From assembly GCA_040752695.1 (NCBI GenBank), contig JBFMGO010000027.1, forward strand, positions 1 through 40,806: a DNA stretch of 40,806 nt. Direction: 5' to 3'. The notes beneath the pieces were generated by a model. That model saw only the letters and a program-made list of their open reading frames with translations. It had not been told where the DNA came from and ran no database searches. The position numbers and the translations under genes were made by a program. This DNA comes from a bacterium. Lineage in GTDB: Bacteria > SZUA-182 > DTGQ01. Of the stretch, positions 38,361 to 40,806 are shown piece by piece (position 1 is the stretch's first letter; every line of letters starts with the position of its first letter).

Positions 38361-39157
38361 ATTCAGACTATAACAAAGGACCGGGTAGTCTGGAAGCTGC
38401 ATAACGATTAGCATCCCCCCTTTGCAATCTTCATGGTTAGAATCCAACCAGGAGATTCTTCGCAAATGTCGTGATCATCTGCAAAGCCAGCGAAAGCACA
38501 AAAACTCGAAAACCTTCTTGACGTATGTTAGCAATATAAGGTTCTTCCCTATGGAGAATCTTTGTATTCAGATAGTTGGATATGATAAGACCAGGCATCC
38601 GGGGGGTTGTTCCATTTTTGGAACTGACGACATACGCGGCTGAAACAAACATGTTTAAGCAGAGGGTTAATAGAACAGACTTTCTCTTGGTCAGAGTTAA
38701 AATTAATCTCATCTTATCATACGGTTAGGATAACATTCCCTCCTTATGGTATTAAAAATGCTATTACGAGGGACAAACATCTTCGATCCTATATACAGGA
38801 GCCATCATATCCGCTCTTTGTCCTTCCCGCCTTCGCGGGAATGACGGGATTCGATGACTTTTACAATAGGTGTGTTGCTTTATCAATATGAGCGAACATC
38901 TTATAAGCGTGGTTGTGAAGATAGCCCTTTGTGAAATTTCTGTACGAACATAAGGTTCTAGTGAGAAGAGGTTCATGCGCCATTCAGGTAATCTTGATCG
39001 TCTCAATAAGAGGTCGTTGAGACATGCAAAAACCAGGGAGGTGATAATAACAAAGGAATTCTGGCCTGATCTATTGTAACTCCAGGTTGATAATCATTTT
39101 CATCCTGTCTGAGAAATGTGATCTTACCGAGCAACCTGAATTAGGAGGAGCATAAAG

Positions 39158-39553
39158 GTGCCAAAAGAGTTAATTGTATCAGAATCAATAGAGACGAAGA
39201 AAGCTGCTGAGAAGACACCTGTTACCCTAAGCTTTATTTTAGAGAAGCTGGCTGGTGGCGAAACGATCGAGCAAATCCTCAAGATCCACCCGCGCCTGTC
39301 CCGTGGAAGGATTCAAGAGGCTTTATTTTTTGCATCCGAAGCCGTACGAACTGAAGTGTCATATTCTATTGTTGCAGGAACAGATATCACTGTTGAATCT
39401 ATCCTGGAGGAAATGGCCTACGGAAAAACAATCGATCAGATCATCGAATTCCACCCACGCTTAACTCATGAGGCAGTTCGAGAAGCGTTATATTTTGCAG
39501 CCGAAGACCTGAGAACCGATGTGATATACCCAGTAGCCGAGGAGATTGTGTGA
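39158..39553 (+). CDS. Tandem DUF433 (antitoxin-like) protein
   Basis: Two copies of ILExxAxGxTI(E/D)QIxxxHPRL(S/T)xxxxxEALxFA; AGGAGGAG RBS. Confidence 0.85.
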   Translation: MPKELIVSESIETKKAAEKTPVTLSFILEKLAGGETIEQILKIHPRLSRGRIQEALFFASEAVRTEVSYSIVAGTDITVESILEEMAYGKTIDQIIEFHPRLTHEAVREALYFAAEDLRTDVIYPVAEEIV

Positions 39554-39572
39554 GCTGAATTCGGCAACACAC

Positions 39573-39608
39573 AAAAAAACCGGCCATGAGTTGATCCTCA
39601 TGGCCGGG
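39573..39608 (-). terminator. Terminator for the gamma-CA gene (possibly bidirectional)
   Basis: CCGGCCATGAG-TTGATC-CTCATGGCCGG with an A7 tract on the left, i.e. a U-tract on the minus strand. Confidence 0.75.
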
Positions 39609-39712
39609 TCAAGATTACATCTGACACAAAGGATCCGTCATGAGAACAGGTAATCCCTGCCATCATGAAGACCGGTCTTTATGTGAGAAGATACAAACCA
39701 TTCCTACTATTC

Positions 39713-40806
39713 CTAATCGAGATCCAGACAGGATTGCATGCCTAAATAATTCCGGAACAGGCACAGGGCATCCGCAGGAGTAACCTGACCATCCCGATTT
39801 ACATCACAGCAAATAGAACATTCACCCTTTCCAAGGAAGCACCGGAAGACGATAAGAGCATCCGCAGGAGTGATCTTTCCATCTTCGTTCATATCTCCCC
39901 CGCAGGTCATCCACAGGTAGCCTTCGGCCAGTGCCTCGTTGACATGGACGACAGCCTCATTGGTGTGTTCGTAGGTATACCCGGAGTAAATCGGCTTTGC
40001 CTTGGCGGCAACATCCGCAGGTGAAGTAACGGTGCTGCCTGCCGGGACGTATACGTTGTCCGGGATCTCCACGCCGACAATGGTGCAGCCTGGCTCGATC
40101 ACGCTGTTGTGGCCGACCCTGGCATTGAAGATGAGAGTCTGCATGCCGATGAAGGTGTCATGGCCGATATAGGCTGGACCATGGACCTGGGCCTGGTGCG
40201 CCAAAGAGACCCGCTCTCCGACATACACGCTGTAGCCCGTGCCGTCACTCACCCTTTGACCGGCAGCGGTGAATTGCCGTCCATGGACGAATTCCCACTC
40301 GCCGTGCTCTGACAGCTCCTCGGTCTCGAGTCCGTGGAGAACGACGCCATCTTGAATATTGGCACCCTCACCCACATAAATGGGCTGACCCTCGTCACCC
40401 CGCACCGAAGCGGCAGGAGAGATCATAATATGTCCTTCCAGCGTGGCATTGCCGATCACTGAGGCCAAAGGATGAACATAACTAGTTTCGTCAATGTGCG
40501 GATAAGAAGCCTCCCTGCTGAAATCCGTTATTACGTTCGGGGCAATGTGGGCCATTGTTCCGCCCTGCGCCAGATACCCTGCGGCCAGAGCTTCATTGAC
40601 ATGGACGACAGCCTCATTGGTGTGTTCATATGTATAGCCCGGATAGATCGGGAAGGCTTTTGCGGCAACATCCGCAGGCGAAGTAACGGTGCTGCCTGCC
40701 GGGACGTATACGTTGTCCGGGATCTCCACGCCGACAATGGTGCAGCCTGGCTCGATCACGCTGTTGTGGCCGACCCTGGCATTGAAGATGAGAGTCTGCA
40801 TGCCGA
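39713..40806 (-). CDS. Multi-domain gamma-class carbonic anhydrase (Cam-like) with a C-terminal Cys-rich dockerin (5' end outside the window)
   Basis: SVRGDEG, NIQDGVVLHGLE, SLAHQAQVHGP and VVHVN match the Cam active-site and metal-ligand pattern. The domain repeats with a 657-bp period. Dockerin GDMNEDGKITPADAL...DVNRDGQVTPADAL. Confidence 0.88.
   Translation of the reverse strand, partial: GMQTLIFNARVGHNSVIEPGCTIVGVEIPDNVYVPAGSTVTSPADVAAKAFPIYPGYTYEHTNEAVVHVNEALAAGYLAQGGTMAHIAPNVITDFSREASYPHIDETSYVHPLASVIGNATLEGHIMISPAASVRGDEGQPIYVGEGANIQDGVVLHGLETEELSEHGEWEFVHGRQFTAAGQRVSDGTGYSVYVGERVSLAHQAQVHGPAYIGHDTFIGMQTLIFNARVGHNSVIEPGCTIVGVEIPDNVYVPAGSTVTSPADVAAKAKPIYSGYTYEHTNEAVVHVNEALAEGYLWMTCGGDMNEDGKITPADALIVFRCFLGKGECSICCDVNRDGQVTPADALCLFRNYLGMQSCLDLD

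Noticed and set aside
38422..39006. Short ORFs between the lipoprotein and DUF433 genes
   Set aside because: No convincing RBS or motifs; one runs through a REP palindrome.

Overview
Accessory-rich chromosomal segment of a probably diderm bacterium (TolC/MacAB, lipoproteins, Tat signals). No rRNA, tRNA or CRISPR array was seen. Left to right it holds: a partial Rpn/DUF2887-like nuclease gene; a membrane-anchored class III nucleotide cyclase-CHAT protease fusion; a Tat-exported protein; a secreted protein with a Cys-rich dockerin; a secreted Gly/Tyr-repeat protein; a radical SAM/SPASM + EgtD-like methyltransferase + disrupted amidinotransferase cluster; a decayed mobile/defence patch (MITEs, IS630 fragment, RHH-PIN toxin-antitoxin pair, frameshifted CLec/FGE gene with a DGR-type variable repeat, Rpn gene); mtgA; a split MacAB-TolC operon; rmuC plus a YgjP/M48-like metalloprotease with an apparent ATA start; two paralogous Pro/Trp-rich secreted proteins; an orphan Rieske protein; a lipoprotein with Ca-binding-like repeats; a stand-alone CbiM/NikM S-component overlapping a membrane-bound sigma54 activator; a large lipoprotein; a tandem DUF433 gene; and a multi-domain gamma-carbonic anhydrase with the same dockerin. 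Best candidates for new biology: (i) a CbiM + membrane bEBP module that may sense metal and drive a sigma54 regulon of secreted structural proteins (five -24/-12 promoters found); (ii) a non-cellulosomal dockerin system displaying a tandem gamma-CA; (iii) the cyclase-CHAT receptor; (iv) a remote or relic DGR target. All product calls come from motif recognition by eye, not database searches.
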